DNA of 64,000 nucleotides from Candidatus Levyibacteriota bacterium (GCA_018061075.1 JAGOUW010000004.1:9192-73191); one strand, 5' to 3'. Shown: positions 35,573 through 45,695, counted from the first letter of the stretch. Translations and numbers: made by a program. Notes: generated from the sequence alone by a model not told the origin.

Positions 35573-36691
35573 ATGAAAAAAGTAGCATTATTTATTGGAG
35601 TTATAGCTCTAGTGGTAGTTTTTGTTAATCAATATAAAGATAGAATTATTCCTACCAAAAATCCTTCTGTGGTGGACTCTACGGTCAATACTGACGAGGC
35701 AAACGGAACTCCTGAGAGAGTCGCAACGGTAGCCGAAAACCTGGAAACCCCATGGTCCCTAGCTTTTCTTCCTACTAATGAAATCTTATTTACTCAAAGA
35801 AATGGCGAACTTAAATTAATTTCAAATAATAATATTACGACAATTGAAAAAATTTCTGATGTTCTTGAGTACGGTGAAGGAGGACTTATGGGGCTAACTC
35901 TTCATCCAAATTTTTCTCAAAATAAATACATTTATGTAATGTATACCTATCAGGGTAATGGTAATAATACCCGCAATAGAGTTGTTAGATATAAATTTAA
36001 TAATAATTCTTTATCTGAGAGAACTATTATCATAGATAATATTCCAGGTGCAATTTTTCACAACGGGGGAAGAATTAAATTTGGCCCTGACGGATATCTT
36101 TATGTAACTACCGGGGACTCCCTTGAACCCTCTCTTGCGCAAAACACAAATTCTTTAGCTGGAAAAATTCTTAGAACAACTGATGATGGAAGAGCTGCTC
36201 CTGAAAATCCATTTAATAATTTAGTTTTCTCATATGGACACAGAAATCCTCAAGGAATCGCGTGGGATTCCGCGGATAGACTCTGGCAAACAGAACATGG
36301 AAGATCAAGTCCATCAGGATATGACGAAGTAAATGTAATTTTAGCAGGAAGAAATTACGGATGGCCGGAAATTCAGGGAGCAGAAAGAAGAAATGGATTA
36401 GAGTCTCCCCTAGCTCAAAGCGAAGACGAAACCTGGGCACCGGGCGGAGCAGCATTTTTAAATGAATCTCTTTTTTATACTGGCCTTAGGGGTAAAGCTT
36501 TATATGAATTAAAAATAGAAAATGGAAATGCAATAATTACCAAACATTTCCTTAATGATTTTGGAAGAATAAGAGATGTTATCCTGGGCCCTGACAATCT
36601 TTTATATATCACGACAAGCAATCGAGATGGTCGAGGTAATCCTAGCACGGGAGACGATAGAATTTTAAAAATTGATCCCAGTCAACTCTAA
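35573..36691 (+). CDS. PQQ-dependent sugar dehydrogenase (soluble aldose/sorbosone dehydrogenase family)
   Basis: N-terminal anchor. GLTLHPNF, HNGGRIKFGPDGYLYVTTGD, SYGHRNPQGIAWD and YGWPE motifs. GGAGGG SD upstream. Confidence 0.8.
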   Translation: MKKVALFIGVIALVVVFVNQYKDRIIPTKNPSVVDSTVNTDEANGTPERVATVAENLETPWSLAFLPTNEILFTQRNGELKLISNNNITTIEKISDVLEYGEGGLMGLTLHPNFSQNKYIYVMYTYQGNGNNTRNRVVRYKFNNNSLSERTIIIDNIPGAIFHNGGRIKFGPDGYLYVTTGDSLEPSLAQNTNSLAGKILRTTDDGRAAPENPFNNLVFSYGHRNPQGIAWDSADRLWQTEHGRSSPSGYDEVNVILAGRNYGWPEIQGAERRNGLESPLAQSEDETWAPGGAAFLNESLFYTGLRGKALYELKIENGNAIITKHFLNDFGRIRDVILGPDNLLYITTSNRDGRGNPSTGDDRILKIDPSQL

Positions 36692-37068
36692 AAATCAGAA
36701 TCTTTTCCTAGAGCAGCTAATTCCTTATCGAGATCTCCATCTGCCTGTGCAAGCCCCACGATAAGATTATCTAATTCAGAAGCTTGCTCAATTTGTGAAA
36801 TCTCTACTGGAGTTGGTTCCATATTTTCCACCTGAACGGGAGTTGAAACAACAGCTACATCGCTACTACTTTTTGGAGCATACATCATGTAAAAACCTGC
36901 AACCCCTACAATCGCAACAACCACTAATCCAATCAATACTCCGTAGAATAAAAATTTCTTGTCTGTTTTTTGCACTGGATTTCCTATTTTTTCTGGCGCT
37001 GGACTAGCGGGAGGAGTTAAGACAGGAGTTGGATTAACTGGCTGATTGGAATCATTAGTTGGATTCAT
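36688..37068 (-). CDS. hypothetical single-pass membrane protein
   Basis: Pro-rich N-terminus, one TM (FLFYGVLIGLVVVAIVGVAGFYMMY). TAATG overlap with the upstream gene. Confidence 0.5.
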   Translation of the reverse strand: MNPTNDSNQPVNPTPVLTPPASPAPEKIGNPVQKTDKKFLFYGVLIGLVVVAIVGVAGFYMMYAPKSSSDVAVVSTPVQVENMEPTPVEISQIEQASELDNLIVGLAQADGDLDKELAALGKDSDF

Positions 37069-37760
37069 TATGGTGTTACCTCCGTAGTTATCGTTGGGCT
37101 AACTTTTATTGGCGTTACTGTTTTTGCTAAGTCTCTAACTGCTTTTACAAATGTATGAATCGAGTCCTTGTATGCTTTATTTGCTTCGATTAACGCCTTC
37201 ATATCCTCCTGAAAAGCGTCCACTTGTCCTTTCGGGTCAGTAGCACTACAGTCAAACTCTTCCCCGCTCGTCTTAGCTGCTTCCATTGCTAAATTAACAT
37301 TTTCTTTATTTGCAGCTACTTCTGCTTTTAAATCTGCATAATTAGAAAGAATATAGCCATTTGGGACTAATTTATTATTATAAAACTCATCGACTCTTTG
37401 ATAAATTTTCTCATGTCCTTTAAAGATCACTTCTGATCTTTTTTTCATCGCACTCACTCTATTTCCGATATTCTTCTCCCGGGCTTCGCAAATTTTTAAC
37501 CTTGCCTCAGATAATCTTTCATCCTTTTTTATCGCCATCTCAGTTACCCTAGCTTCTTTTTTCTCCTTAAGTTCCTGATTTTTTTCTCTAGCATTTTGGA
37601 TTCTTTCTTTTGCGTTAATAGGTTTTTCTCTTTTGAGCGTGGGGGTTACAGCTTCACTAACCTCTGTTTCTACCTGAGCAAATGAGCTTGATGTATAAAA
37701 TACGCCGGCTAAGAGGATTACGGCAATCACTAACAAGAGGTTTTTAAAGAATTTCTCCAT
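37068..37760 (-). CDS. hypothetical secreted helical protein
   Basis: Signal-peptide-like N-terminus ending SSSFAQV. Lys/Glu-rich, helix-prone sequence. Confidence 0.5.
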   Translation of the reverse strand: MEKFFKNLLLVIAVILLAGVFYTSSSFAQVETEVSEAVTPTLKREKPINAKERIQNAREKNQELKEKKEARVTEMAIKKDERLSEARLKICEAREKNIGNRVSAMKKRSEVIFKGHEKIYQRVDEFYNNKLVPNGYILSNYADLKAEVAANKENVNLAMEAAKTSGEEFDCSATDPKGQVDAFQEDMKALIEANKAYKDSIHTFVKAVRDLAKTVTPIKVSPTITTEVTP

Positions 37761-37797
37761 CTAATTTAGACTACTTACTTTGAAAATTAAAGTCAAG

Positions 37798-38736
37798 TTA
37801 TCGTGTTACTTCAAAAACTATAAACGAGATATAAATAAAAATCATAAAAATTCCGTTTTTTCTGGAAATGAAATTTTTTGCTCTTGAGAAGTAGTAAAAT
37901 AATCCTAAACCCGAAGCTATAAATCCAAAAGTAAAAATAAAACTGCTAATCGTGATTACTTCACCTTTATTTAAAATAGTGAAGATTCCAAACAAAAGCG
38001 TCGAAGCTGCCCCTGCTCCCACATAATCTCCCATCGCTATATCTTTCTTCCCGCTTATAACTGATCGAATTGCTAAGGTCATTTCCGGGAGATCTGTTCC
38101 GAGCGCGATTACAACTAACCCGATATAAAAGACTGGCACATTTAACACTTCTGCAAAAAGTGTAGTTTTATCAACAATTAAACTACTGGAAATAAATACA
38201 ATTGCGATCCCAACTAAAATTTTTAAAATATCCTTGAATGAATATGATTTTTTTTCCAAAAGCTTATTATTTTCGCGACTAAATAATCCGTTTTTTCTTT
38301 GAATAACAAAAACCAATACTAAATATAAAATAATTAAAACGAATCCTTCTAAGTTGGTAACCTTTTTATCTAAAACTGTAACGGAAGGAGCTAGAATTAC
38401 CCCCATTGTTGCAAGTAAAGTTTTATTATCCATCTCGTGTCTTAAATTTATTCCATTTCCAAAAATCGCAAGAAGCGGAATTATAAAGAGAAAAATTACA
38501 ACTATTCCCCCAAGTAAATTTCCCACAAAAATTCCCGGATTGTGATCAGCTACAGCTTGAAGTCCCACAGAAAACTCTGGAGTAGAAGTTAAAATTCCTA
38601 ATAAAAGAAATGAAACTGCGAACGATGACAGTTTTAATTTTTCCGAAAATTTGCTAGTTGATGAAACGATAAATCCTGAACCTAACCAAATAAAGAAGAA
38701 TGCTGCTACATAAATTATTAAATCAATAAAAAGCAT
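37798..38736 (-). CDS. sodium/calcium exchanger (CaCA) family membrane protein
   Basis: Two internally repeated alpha-repeat motifs (GILTSTPEFSVG and ALGTDLPEMTLA) in a ~10-TM protein. Confidence 0.75.
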   Translation of the reverse strand: MLFIDLIIYVAAFFFIWLGSGFIVSSTSKFSEKLKLSSFAVSFLLLGILTSTPEFSVGLQAVADHNPGIFVGNLLGGIVVIFLFIIPLLAIFGNGINLRHEMDNKTLLATMGVILAPSVTVLDKKVTNLEGFVLIILYLVLVFVIQRKNGLFSRENNKLLEKKSYSFKDILKILVGIAIVFISSSLIVDKTTLFAEVLNVPVFYIGLVVIALGTDLPEMTLAIRSVISGKKDIAMGDYVGAGAASTLLFGIFTILNKGEVITISSFIFTFGFIASGLGLFYYFSRAKNFISRKNGIFMIFIYISFIVFEVTR

Positions 38737-38798
38737 TAATTAAGATTAACATAAATTAAATTTCCTTCAAATACTTGACAACTCCATCTGTCAGAATT

Positions 38799-38827
38799 TT
38801 GTCAAGTGTTTGAGGATGTGCTATATT
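38799..38827 (+). promoter_or_regulatory. promoter, TTGTCA-N17-TATATT, 11 nt from ATG at 38839
   Basis: -35 at 38799-38804, -10 at 38822-38827. Confidence 0.45.
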
Positions 38828-38838
38828 AAATTTAGATT

Positions 38839-39189
38839 ATGTCAAACCCTTCAAATTCACTCAGAATAACTGGAAAAAATGTTCTTGGTAAAAGAGCTGG
38901 TACAGGCGGACTAGATAGCGGCCCCCTGCCTTCTAACTACGATGCTCAAGTGGAAAACTATGTAGGGTTAAAGCCGGGAACTTTCTCAAAAATAGAGCAA
39001 GAAGCAGTAGCTCGAAAAAAAAGACCCTTACTCGAAGAATTAAGAGACAGACTACACTTAAGAAGAGAGCAAATTAGCGGAACAATCCCCGAACTATCTC
39101 AATCAATCACTACAGACCAACCAGCTCCTGTTGCTGAAACCCCCCAAACAACAACACTCGAAGGACCTAGCGGACAAGGAAGAGTTTAA
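38839..39189 (+). CDS. hypothetical protein (G+C-rich orphan, 116 aa)
   Basis: ORF with elevated G+C and no recognisable motif. TTGTCA-N17-TATATT 11 nt upstream of the ATG. Confidence 0.5.
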   Translation: MSNPSNSLRITGKNVLGKRAGTGGLDSGPLPSNYDAQVENYVGLKPGTFSKIEQEAVARKKRPLLEELRDRLHLRREQISGTIPELSQSITTDQPAPVAETPQTTTLEGPSGQGRV

Positions 39190-40493
39190 TTTTTTCTAAT
39201 TTTTATTCCGTCTTTAGAGTCTTCAATCAAAAATCCTTTTTCTTCAATCTCCGATCTGACTCTATCAGCTTCTTCATAATTCCCAGATTTTCTAAACGCC
39301 TCTCTTTCATCTACTAATTCCTGTATTTCAGTCGGGATTTCAACTTCCTCTTCTTTCGCTGACAAATTCAAGCCTAAAAGTTCATCAATTTTGTCTAGAG
39401 ATTCCTGGCTTAACGAATCAATATTTTCCCAAACTACTGCAAGAGCGCGTGGCAAATTTATATCATCATTAATTGCTTCCTTGAATTCAGAAGGTAATTC
39501 TCTATTGCCGGAAACACTGTCAGCGTATTTTTTTCGGAGCTTACCAAGCGCCGTTTGCGCTGCCTCTAAAGCCTCCCATGTAAAATTCATTTCCTGTCTG
39601 TAATGTGTTTGAAGATATAAATATCTTAAGGCGAGCGGATCAATACCCTTATCGGTGACGTCTTTAAGTCTATAAAAATTTCCTAAAGACTTACTCATTT
39701 TTTTCCCATCTACTAAAATATGTGCCCCGTGAATCCAATACTTAACGAATTGTTTTCCTGTTTTTGCCTCAGATTGAGCAATTTCATTTTCGTGATGCGG
39801 GAAAACTAAATCAACTCCCCCCATATGAACATCAATCGTGTCACCTAAATTTTCCTGACTCATTACAGAACACTCTATGTGCCAGCCGGGTCTTCCCCAT
39901 CCCCAAGGAGATGCCCAACCAATTTGATCCTTCTCCTCCCTTTTCCAAAGAGCAAAATCCTGAACATCATCTTTAGAATATTCATCAGACAAAACTCTTG
40001 TTCCAGTTTTTAAATTCGAAGCCTCTATTCCTGATAATTTTCCGTAAGCTTTAAATTCTGAAATATCAAAATAAACAGATCCATCTTTTTCCACATATGC
40101 AAATCCCTTTTTAATTAATTCCAGAATATAATCCTGCATTTTTGTAATATAAGTTGTCGCATGAGGATTTTCGTCTTTTGGTAGAATATTTACTTTTGTA
40201 ATATCTTCTTTAAAAAACTTTTCAAATTCTTGGGATAATTCTGCAATTCCGATTCCTCGATCATTTGCTTTTCTAATAATTTTGTCATCAATATCAGTTA
40301 TGTTTTGAACTGTCTTCAATTTGTATCCGTCAAACCTAAGAGCTCTTTCAAAAACATCAGCTAGAAGAAATGTTCTTAAATTTCCGATATGCATGTAGTC
40401 ATAAACCGTAGGTCCACAGGTATAAATTCCTACCGTCTCTCCAATCGATTCAAATTCTTCGATCTTTTTTGAAAGAGTATTATAAATTCTCAC
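39186..40493 (-). CDS. cysS: cysteine-tRNA ligase
   Basis: CGPTVYDYMHIGN (HIGH) and KMSKSLGN (KMSKS) motifs. GTG start. Confidence 0.9.
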   Translation of the reverse strand: MRIYNTLSKKIEEFESIGETVGIYTCGPTVYDYMHIGNLRTFLLADVFERALRFDGYKLKTVQNITDIDDKIIRKANDRGIGIAELSQEFEKFFKEDITKVNILPKDENPHATTYITKMQDYILELIKKGFAYVEKDGSVYFDISEFKAYGKLSGIEASNLKTGTRVLSDEYSKDDVQDFALWKREEKDQIGWASPWGWGRPGWHIECSVMSQENLGDTIDVHMGGVDLVFPHHENEIAQSEAKTGKQFVKYWIHGAHILVDGKKMSKSLGNFYRLKDVTDKGIDPLALRYLYLQTHYRQEMNFTWEALEAAQTALGKLRKKYADSVSGNRELPSEFKEAINDDINLPRALAVVWENIDSLSQESLDKIDELLGLNLSAKEEEVEIPTEIQELVDEREAFRKSGNYEEADRVRSEIEEKGFLIEDSKDGIKIRKN

Positions 40494-40550
40494 AACCTTA
40501 TTTTACAGCAAATTGAGGCAAACTGCTCGAGAAATTACATAAACATATTC

Positions 40551-41225
40551 TCAATTCACTCTTTTTATTTTGTCCTTTTGAAGCAAATGACTCCTAAAAT
40601 CATCCCTGGATAAATCTCTCCTAAAACCAGTTTTGTCTACAAACAGCAGCTTAAATGGTGTTCTCGTCGATATAGTCGCAACTAAATCGTCCACTTGAAT
40701 TCCAAAATATGCAAGATCTTGCCTATTAATAACACTTAATTCATCTGCGATTACTCTTCCTTTAATTCCAGCTAATTCATCTGGAGGAATCTGCGTATAT
40801 ATGGAAACTAGAAGCTTTAATTCATCAAAAGTTATTACCCCAACTTCATCACCAGTAACAATTCTCGCAAAAGAAACTTGTTCATTATGTGTTAAAAATA
40901 TGTCGTAGACTGTATCTTCTTCTGTTTGAACCTCGAGATCAGTATTGCCAGATGATAGCATGCTTGGAATTTCACCTAAGTCAATTGCCTCTCCATCTCT
41001 TCTTAAAATAGCATCAAAAACCGATTCATAATCGCTAATAGGTGTTTTTACCAAATATGCTCTTGTGGTATCGTTTGCAACGTCAGAAAACCTTAGCTCT
41101 AAGGGGGCCCCAACTGGAGCTTTGATAATTCCAGGTCTCAATATTAACGGATTTCCGTCAAAAGAGATTTTTACAGCATCTGTCGGCATTGGTAATTCTG
41201 GTTTAATTTGACCTCCATCTTTCAT
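40551..41225 (-). CDS. hypothetical protein (G+C-rich orphan, 224 aa)
   Basis: No recognisable motif. TTGATT-N17-TATAAT-N8-ATG upstream. Confidence 0.55.
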   Translation of the reverse strand: MKDGGQIKPELPMPTDAVKISFDGNPLILRPGIIKAPVGAPLELRFSDVANDTTRAYLVKTPISDYESVFDAILRRDGEAIDLGEIPSMLSSGNTDLEVQTEEDTVYDIFLTHNEQVSFARIVTGDEVGVITFDELKLLVSIYTQIPPDELAGIKGRVIADELSVINRQDLAYFGIQVDDLVATISTRTPFKLLFVDKTGFRRDLSRDDFRSHLLQKDKIKRVN

Positions 41226-41233
41226 AGAGTGGA

Positions 41234-41262
41234 ATTATAGCTTCGTAGAGAATAAAAATCAA
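41234..41262 (-). promoter_or_regulatory. promoter, TTGATT-N17-TATAAT, 8 nt from ATG at 41225
   Basis: -35 at 41262-41257, -10 at 41239-41234. Confidence 0.6.
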
Positions 41263-41283
41263 CTATAGGCCTTAGAGGTTTTA

Positions 41284-42033
41284 CTATCCACTAACTCCTA
41301 CTACATTTTCCCCAGTCCCTTGTTTTGTTGTAGCGGGAAGTGGCGGCGGTTTTTCTTTATTAGTCTCGAAATCTTCAAATTTCTTTTCCTGATCTTCTCT
41401 TTCTAATTTATCAACAACGGTTTCTTCAGCTTGCTGCTGTGGTTTTGTTAACTTCCTATAATATTCTCCATGAAGTTGTCCTCTTAATGCTTCAATTTTT
41501 GCTTCTTCTTCAGGTGTTTTTTTATCTTTCAATATATCGGGTAAACCCATTGCCGAAACCACAGTATCTCGTGCGCTTTGTGCATCCTCTTTGGGTTTTT
41601 CTCCTGGAATTCCAAGAGCTGTTTTTATCGTCTCCATAGGAGTTGGAGCTTTTTCTTGAGGCTTATTAGCGCGCTCCAAACCTAAAGCAGCTTTAACCGT
41701 TTGCTGATTTTGCTGTTTTACTTGCGGCTTTTGGTTCTGCAAGGCGTGGCTTTGCAGAGGCTGAGCTGGGTTTTGCTGATTCGGATCTTGAGTTGGACTT
41801 TTTACACCATATAAATCTTGGAGAAATTTCTGGGCGTCATCATCTGACATTTGCTGTTGTGTGGGATTTTGTGCATTTGCTTCATTAACTCCTTGGTCAG
41901 ATGGCGTATTTGAAGTTTGACCAGCTGCAGTTTTTACAAAACTTGCGGCTCCAGTTTGTGCTGATTTAGCGGCCTGCTTCACACCACTTTGTCCTTTTTC
42001 TAGAACGTCTTCAAAACTTCCAATTTGGTTCAT
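41284..42033 (-). CDS. hypothetical Gln/Pro/Lys-rich low-complexity protein
   Basis: 249-aa ORF whose ATG overlaps the recR TGA (ATGA). Q-rich, predicted disordered, no TM. Confidence 0.55.
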   Translation of the reverse strand: MNQIGSFEDVLEKGQSGVKQAAKSAQTGAASFVKTAAGQTSNTPSDQGVNEANAQNPTQQQMSDDDAQKFLQDLYGVKSPTQDPNQQNPAQPLQSHALQNQKPQVKQQNQQTVKAALGLERANKPQEKAPTPMETIKTALGIPGEKPKEDAQSARDTVVSAMGLPDILKDKKTPEEEAKIEALRGQLHGEYYRKLTKPQQQAEETVVDKLEREDQEKKFEDFETNKEKPPPLPATTKQGTGENVVGVSG

Positions 42034-42632
42034 AGCTCACTTCTTCCCTCTAGAGCTCTTTGGAGGGTTATTTCATCAGCATACTCCAAATCTGCACCTA
42101 TTGGCAAACCACGTCCTATTCTAGTTAACCTTATATCAGGATTGTCTGCTTTAATTTGCTTGGTAATATACATAGCGGTTGCCTCCCCTTCCATCGTAGG
42201 GTTTGTCGCTAAAATTATTTCAGTAATTTCCGATTTTTTTATTCTTTCTAGCAACTTATCAATATAAATTTCATCAGGCCCGATATTATTTAATGGATCA
42301 ATCCTTCCATGTAAAACATGATATACGCCTTTATACTTCCCTCCACGTTCTAATGCTAAAACATCGAGAGGCTCTTCGACTACACAAATTAAACCCTGAT
42401 CTCGTGATTTATCCTCACAAATTTCACATGGATCACTCTCACCTACCGTAAAACAATTTGAACATATCGTAGTTCCAGTTTTTAATAATGTCAGACTAGA
42501 GGCAAATTTATCTAGTTCATATTGAGGAACATGAAGAAGATAAAACGTCAAACGCTGAGCAGTTTTCGGACCAACACCCGGAAGCTTCTCGAACGATTCG
42601 ATAAGATTTTGGATTGATTTGGGTACTTTCAT
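42030..42632 (-). CDS. recR: recombination protein RecR
   Basis: LPGVGPKTAQRL helix-hairpin-helix, C4 zinc finger CSNC..CEIC, Toprim domain. Confidence 0.9.
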   Translation of the reverse strand: MKVPKSIQNLIESFEKLPGVGPKTAQRLTFYLLHVPQYELDKFASSLTLLKTGTTICSNCFTVGESDPCEICEDKSRDQGLICVVEEPLDVLALERGGKYKGVYHVLHGRIDPLNNIGPDEIYIDKLLERIKKSEITEIILATNPTMEGEATAMYITKQIKADNPDIRLTRIGRGLPIGADLEYADEITLQRALEGRSEL

Positions 42633-43534
42633 TTCTTAAGTGCTTCGGCTATTAACGGAGAAACAGAAACCACATGGAGTTTTTCAAATTTTCTCTTAGT
42701 TCTAACTTCTATTGTGTCAGCTATAGTTACTCTTTTAATAATCGATTTTTGAAGATTAGCTGGCGCTTCCCCTGCAAAAATTCCATGAGTTGCAAATACA
42801 TACACCTCTTCTGCACCATTTTTCTGAAGTAAATCAGCTGCAGCTATAAGAGTATTTCCAGTTGAAATCATGTCATCCACTATAACTGCAATTTTTTTAA
42901 CTTCACCATTTATTTTATTTGATTCAATTTCGCCAGTATTTAAATCTCTATTTTTTTCAACTGAAATACATGGAACTTGTTCATTTAAAAGACCTGCTAA
43001 AATCTTAATTCTTCTAATCCCTCCCATATCAGGTGAGACTAATACTACGTTTTTTAAATCCATTTTTTCAATTTCTTTTGCAAAAACAGGTAGAGCCGAA
43101 AGATGATTCATTTTTATTCTCTTATTAACAAAGAATTCAGATATGCGGGGTGCATGAAGATCAAAAGAAATTACCCTATCAACTTTCATCGCCTTAATTA
43201 AATTTACGATGACTTCCAGAGATACTGCTTCTCCACTTCTAAAAATATGGTCCTGTCTTTGATAACCTAAATATGGAATTACGAGTGTAACTTCTGATCC
43301 CCCGCTTCTTTTTAAAGCGTCCAGAATAAAAAACAACTGCATGTAGTAGTGATTCGGATGAACTCCGGTCGATTGCACGACAATAGTGTGCTTATCTAAA
43401 ACTTTTTCCAAAACCCTAACCCTAACCTCTTTATCAGGAAATTTAAAAATCTCCAAAGAAGAAAGCTTAGTATTTAGTTTTTCGGCAATTCTTTTTGCAA
43501 GAGCGGGATTTGAAGTCCCGCTAAAAATTAACAT
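42629..43534 (-). CDS. prs: ribose-phosphate pyrophosphokinase
   Basis: PYLGYQRQD and VIVDDMISTGNT (PRPP-binding) motifs. Confidence 0.9.
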   Translation of the reverse strand: MLIFSGTSNPALAKRIAEKLNTKLSSLEIFKFPDKEVRVRVLEKVLDKHTIVVQSTGVHPNHYYMQLFFILDALKRSGGSEVTLVIPYLGYQRQDHIFRSGEAVSLEVIVNLIKAMKVDRVISFDLHAPRISEFFVNKRIKMNHLSALPVFAKEIEKMDLKNVVLVSPDMGGIRRIKILAGLLNEQVPCISVEKNRDLNTGEIESNKINGEVKKIAVIVDDMISTGNTLIAAADLLQKNGAEEVYVFATHGIFAGEAPANLQKSIIKRVTIADTIEVRTKRKFEKLHVVSVSPLIAEALKK

Positions 43535-43812
43535 TACTTTCCTAAAAGTCCTCCAAGACCACCCTGCATTCCTGCAAGTTTTTTAGCTGCGATTTCCTGA
43601 GATTTTTTAACGGCTTCGTTGATAGCTTCTTTAATATCATTGTCCGATCTTCCGTTTGTTTTTATTTCTTTAATTTTTTGGTCTCCTGTGATTGTTATAT
43701 CAACTCCGTTTTTGTTAACTTCTACTTCCTCAGCGGATAGCAAACGTTGAATTTGCATCGCCTGATCTCTCATTTTTTTAAGTTCGCCTATTTGTCCAAA
43801 TGGATTGTTCAT
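43534..43812 (-). CDS. ybaB: nucleoid-associated protein YbaB/EbfC
   Basis: KKMRDQAMQIQ start, VDITITGDQKIKEIK core, conserved position after dnaX. ATG at 43812 preferred over upstream GTG. Confidence 0.85.
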   Translation of the reverse strand: MNNPFGQIGELKKMRDQAMQIQRLLSAEEVEVNKNGVDITITGDQKIKEIKTNGRSDNDIKEAINEAVKKSQEIAAKKLAGMQGGLGGLLGK

Positions 43813-43839
43813 AAAATCACCGCCTTTCACCTCGCCGTA

Positions 43840-43870
43840 GTCAGTTTCAAACTGACGGAGGCGGGCCTCC
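43840..43870 (-). other. two adjacent hairpins between dnaX and ybaB
   Basis: On the - strand: GGAGG-CCCG-CCUCC (43870-43857), then GUCAGUU-UGA-AACUGAC (43856-43840). Confidence 0.3.
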
Positions 43871-43871
43871 T

Positions 43872-45230
43872 CTACTTTAGTTCTACTGAAAATTTAATTT
43901 TCTTTCCGGTTATTTTTTCTATTTTTTCCTCTACTAATTTTATTATTTTTTCTTCGCTTAGTCTTTCTTTATGAAATTTAAAACTTGTTGAAAGAACTAA
44001 TTCGCTATTGTTCGATCTTTCTAACTTACAACCCCGCAATACCCCAGCAATTGAAAAATTCTCTTTCTTTATTTCTTCAATCAGGGATTCTAATATATTA
44101 TCATTTTCCGGGGATTTGGAAAGGGGTTTTTTTATTGTTGGCTCAACTTTAACAGCTTCTTTAGCTTCTGCTTGAGATTCGATTGGAGCCTCTGTTAAGC
44201 TGGCCCACTCTATAATAGTAAGCTCAAGCGGCAATTGAGGAAGAACTGCATATTTAATACTTGTATGAGTTTTAACTAACATTTCAATTAACTTTTTTAC
44301 GTCATTCAAGCTTAAATCTGATGATTTCTCTCCTCCAATTTGTGCAATTAAATTTTTATGTAAATTATCGATTAAACTTTCTACAATTATCTTAAAGTCA
44401 GAAGCGTCATTTGCAAGATCAGAAACAATCTTAATACCCTTCTTAGAATCTTTCTTTTCAAAACTTTCTATTAAGTCTAAAACTGATTTATCAATTGACT
44501 GAGTTTTATATTTTTTCTCGATTAATTCAGGCGTTATATTTTTGCTAGACGTACTTAATTCTTCAAGAATTTTAGCGCCGTCCCTAAATGATCCATCCGA
44601 AAGTCTGGCAATCTGCGCTAAAGCCTCTTTATCAATTTTTAACTCTTCCCCTTTTGCAATACGCCCAAAAGAACTCGTGAAGTCAGAAAGTGTAGCTTTA
44701 GAGAATTTTATATTTGTACATCTAGAAAGAATTGTCTCCGGGACTTTCTGAACTTCTGTTGTACAGAGAATAAAAAATGCATGATCTGGAGGCTCTTCTA
44801 AGGTTTTCAGAAGTGCGTTAAAAGCTTCAGTTGTAAGCATGTGTACTTCATCGATAATGTAAATTTTCTTAAGAGAACTAACAGGCGAAAGTCTAATTTT
44901 TTCTCGCAAATCCCGAATCTCATCAATTCCCCTATTTGAAGCTCCATCAATTTCTAAAACATCTAAATTCGATCCATTATTTATAGAATTACACGAATCA
45001 CACTTATTGCATGGCTCAATTTCTTGAGGTTTTCTATTTGTGCAATTTATAGCTTTTGCAAGAATTCTTGCTGTAGAAGTTTTTCCTAGTCCTTTAGGTC
45101 CAGTAAACAAAAAAGCATGCGGAATTTTATCAGGAAGATTTCCTTTTAAAAGGCTTGTTAATTTTTCAACAAGCTCACTGCTATCTAATTCTGATATTTT
45201 CTTGGGGCGATATTTTAAATAAAAAACCAT
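43872..45230 (-). CDS. dnaX: DNA polymerase III subunit gamma/tau
   Basis: YRPKK, Walker A GPKGLGKTS, Zn module CNKCDSC, IIDEVHMLT, and SRC motif ILSRC. Confidence 0.85.
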   Translation of the reverse strand: MVFYLKYRPKKISELDSSELVEKLTSLLKGNLPDKIPHAFLFTGPKGLGKTSTARILAKAINCTNRKPQEIEPCNKCDSCNSINNGSNLDVLEIDGASNRGIDEIRDLREKIRLSPVSSLKKIYIIDEVHMLTTEAFNALLKTLEEPPDHAFFILCTTEVQKVPETILSRCTNIKFSKATLSDFTSSFGRIAKGEELKIDKEALAQIARLSDGSFRDGAKILEELSTSSKNITPELIEKKYKTQSIDKSVLDLIESFEKKDSKKGIKIVSDLANDASDFKIIVESLIDNLHKNLIAQIGGEKSSDLSLNDVKKLIEMLVKTHTSIKYAVLPQLPLELTIIEWASLTEAPIESQAEAKEAVKVEPTIKKPLSKSPENDNILESLIEEIKKENFSIAGVLRGCKLERSNNSELVLSTSFKFHKERLSEEKIIKLVEEKIEKITGKKIKFSVELK

Positions 45231-45306
45231 TGGAGTTATTGTCTAAGAAGAATACTACAATTGCTGATAAATTCAAACATGCAATACTGTCAACGCATTT
45301 ACAATG

Positions 45307-45693
45307 CTACTCGTGGTGTAATCCTAACAGATGAGTCATTCCATGAACCACTAGTTCGTCAATCTTGTCATCCACCAATACTTCATCCCTAGCGGCTTCT
45401 GTAATTACTACTGGATAAGAAATAACTATATCTCCAAGTCTGATAATATCCGTAGGAGTCGCATGTTTTTCTCCTTCAGTTAAAGAAAAAGATAAAATAT
45501 TTCGTGTTTTATCTTCGCCTTTGTATTTTTTTGAAAGTTCACGCATCTTGCGGTCTCCCACAATCGCAAGTGAAACTTCGACAGGAGAATTAACACCTTG
45601 CTCACTAAGTAAATCTGCTAGTGCGGTGCGAATTCTTTTTCTATTAACTTTATATCTGCTTTCAACAAAAATTAGAACGTTGAGGTTACTCAT
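45307..45693 (-). CDS. ybeY: rRNA maturation endoribonuclease YbeY
   Basis: C-terminal HGMTHLLGLHH zinc motif. Confidence 0.85.
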   Translation of the reverse strand: MSNLNVLIFVESRYKVNRKRIRTALADLLSEQGVNSPVEVSLAIVGDRKMRELSKKYKGEDKTRNILSFSLTEGEKHATPTDIIRLGDIVISYPVVITEAARDEVLVDDKIDELVVHGMTHLLGLHHE

Positions 45694-45695
45694 TT

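Noticed and set aside
38775-38780. Second perfect TTGACA upstream of the orphan at 38839.
   Set aside because: No acceptable -10 hexamer lies 16-18 nt downstream of it. The TTGTCA-N17-TATATT pair at 38799-38827 fits better.
43872-45230. Programmed -1 frameshift site in dnaX (gamma/tau).
   Set aside because: I found no A-AAA-AAG-type slippery heptamer followed by a stem-loop in the appropriate region. At 452 aa the product is already short.
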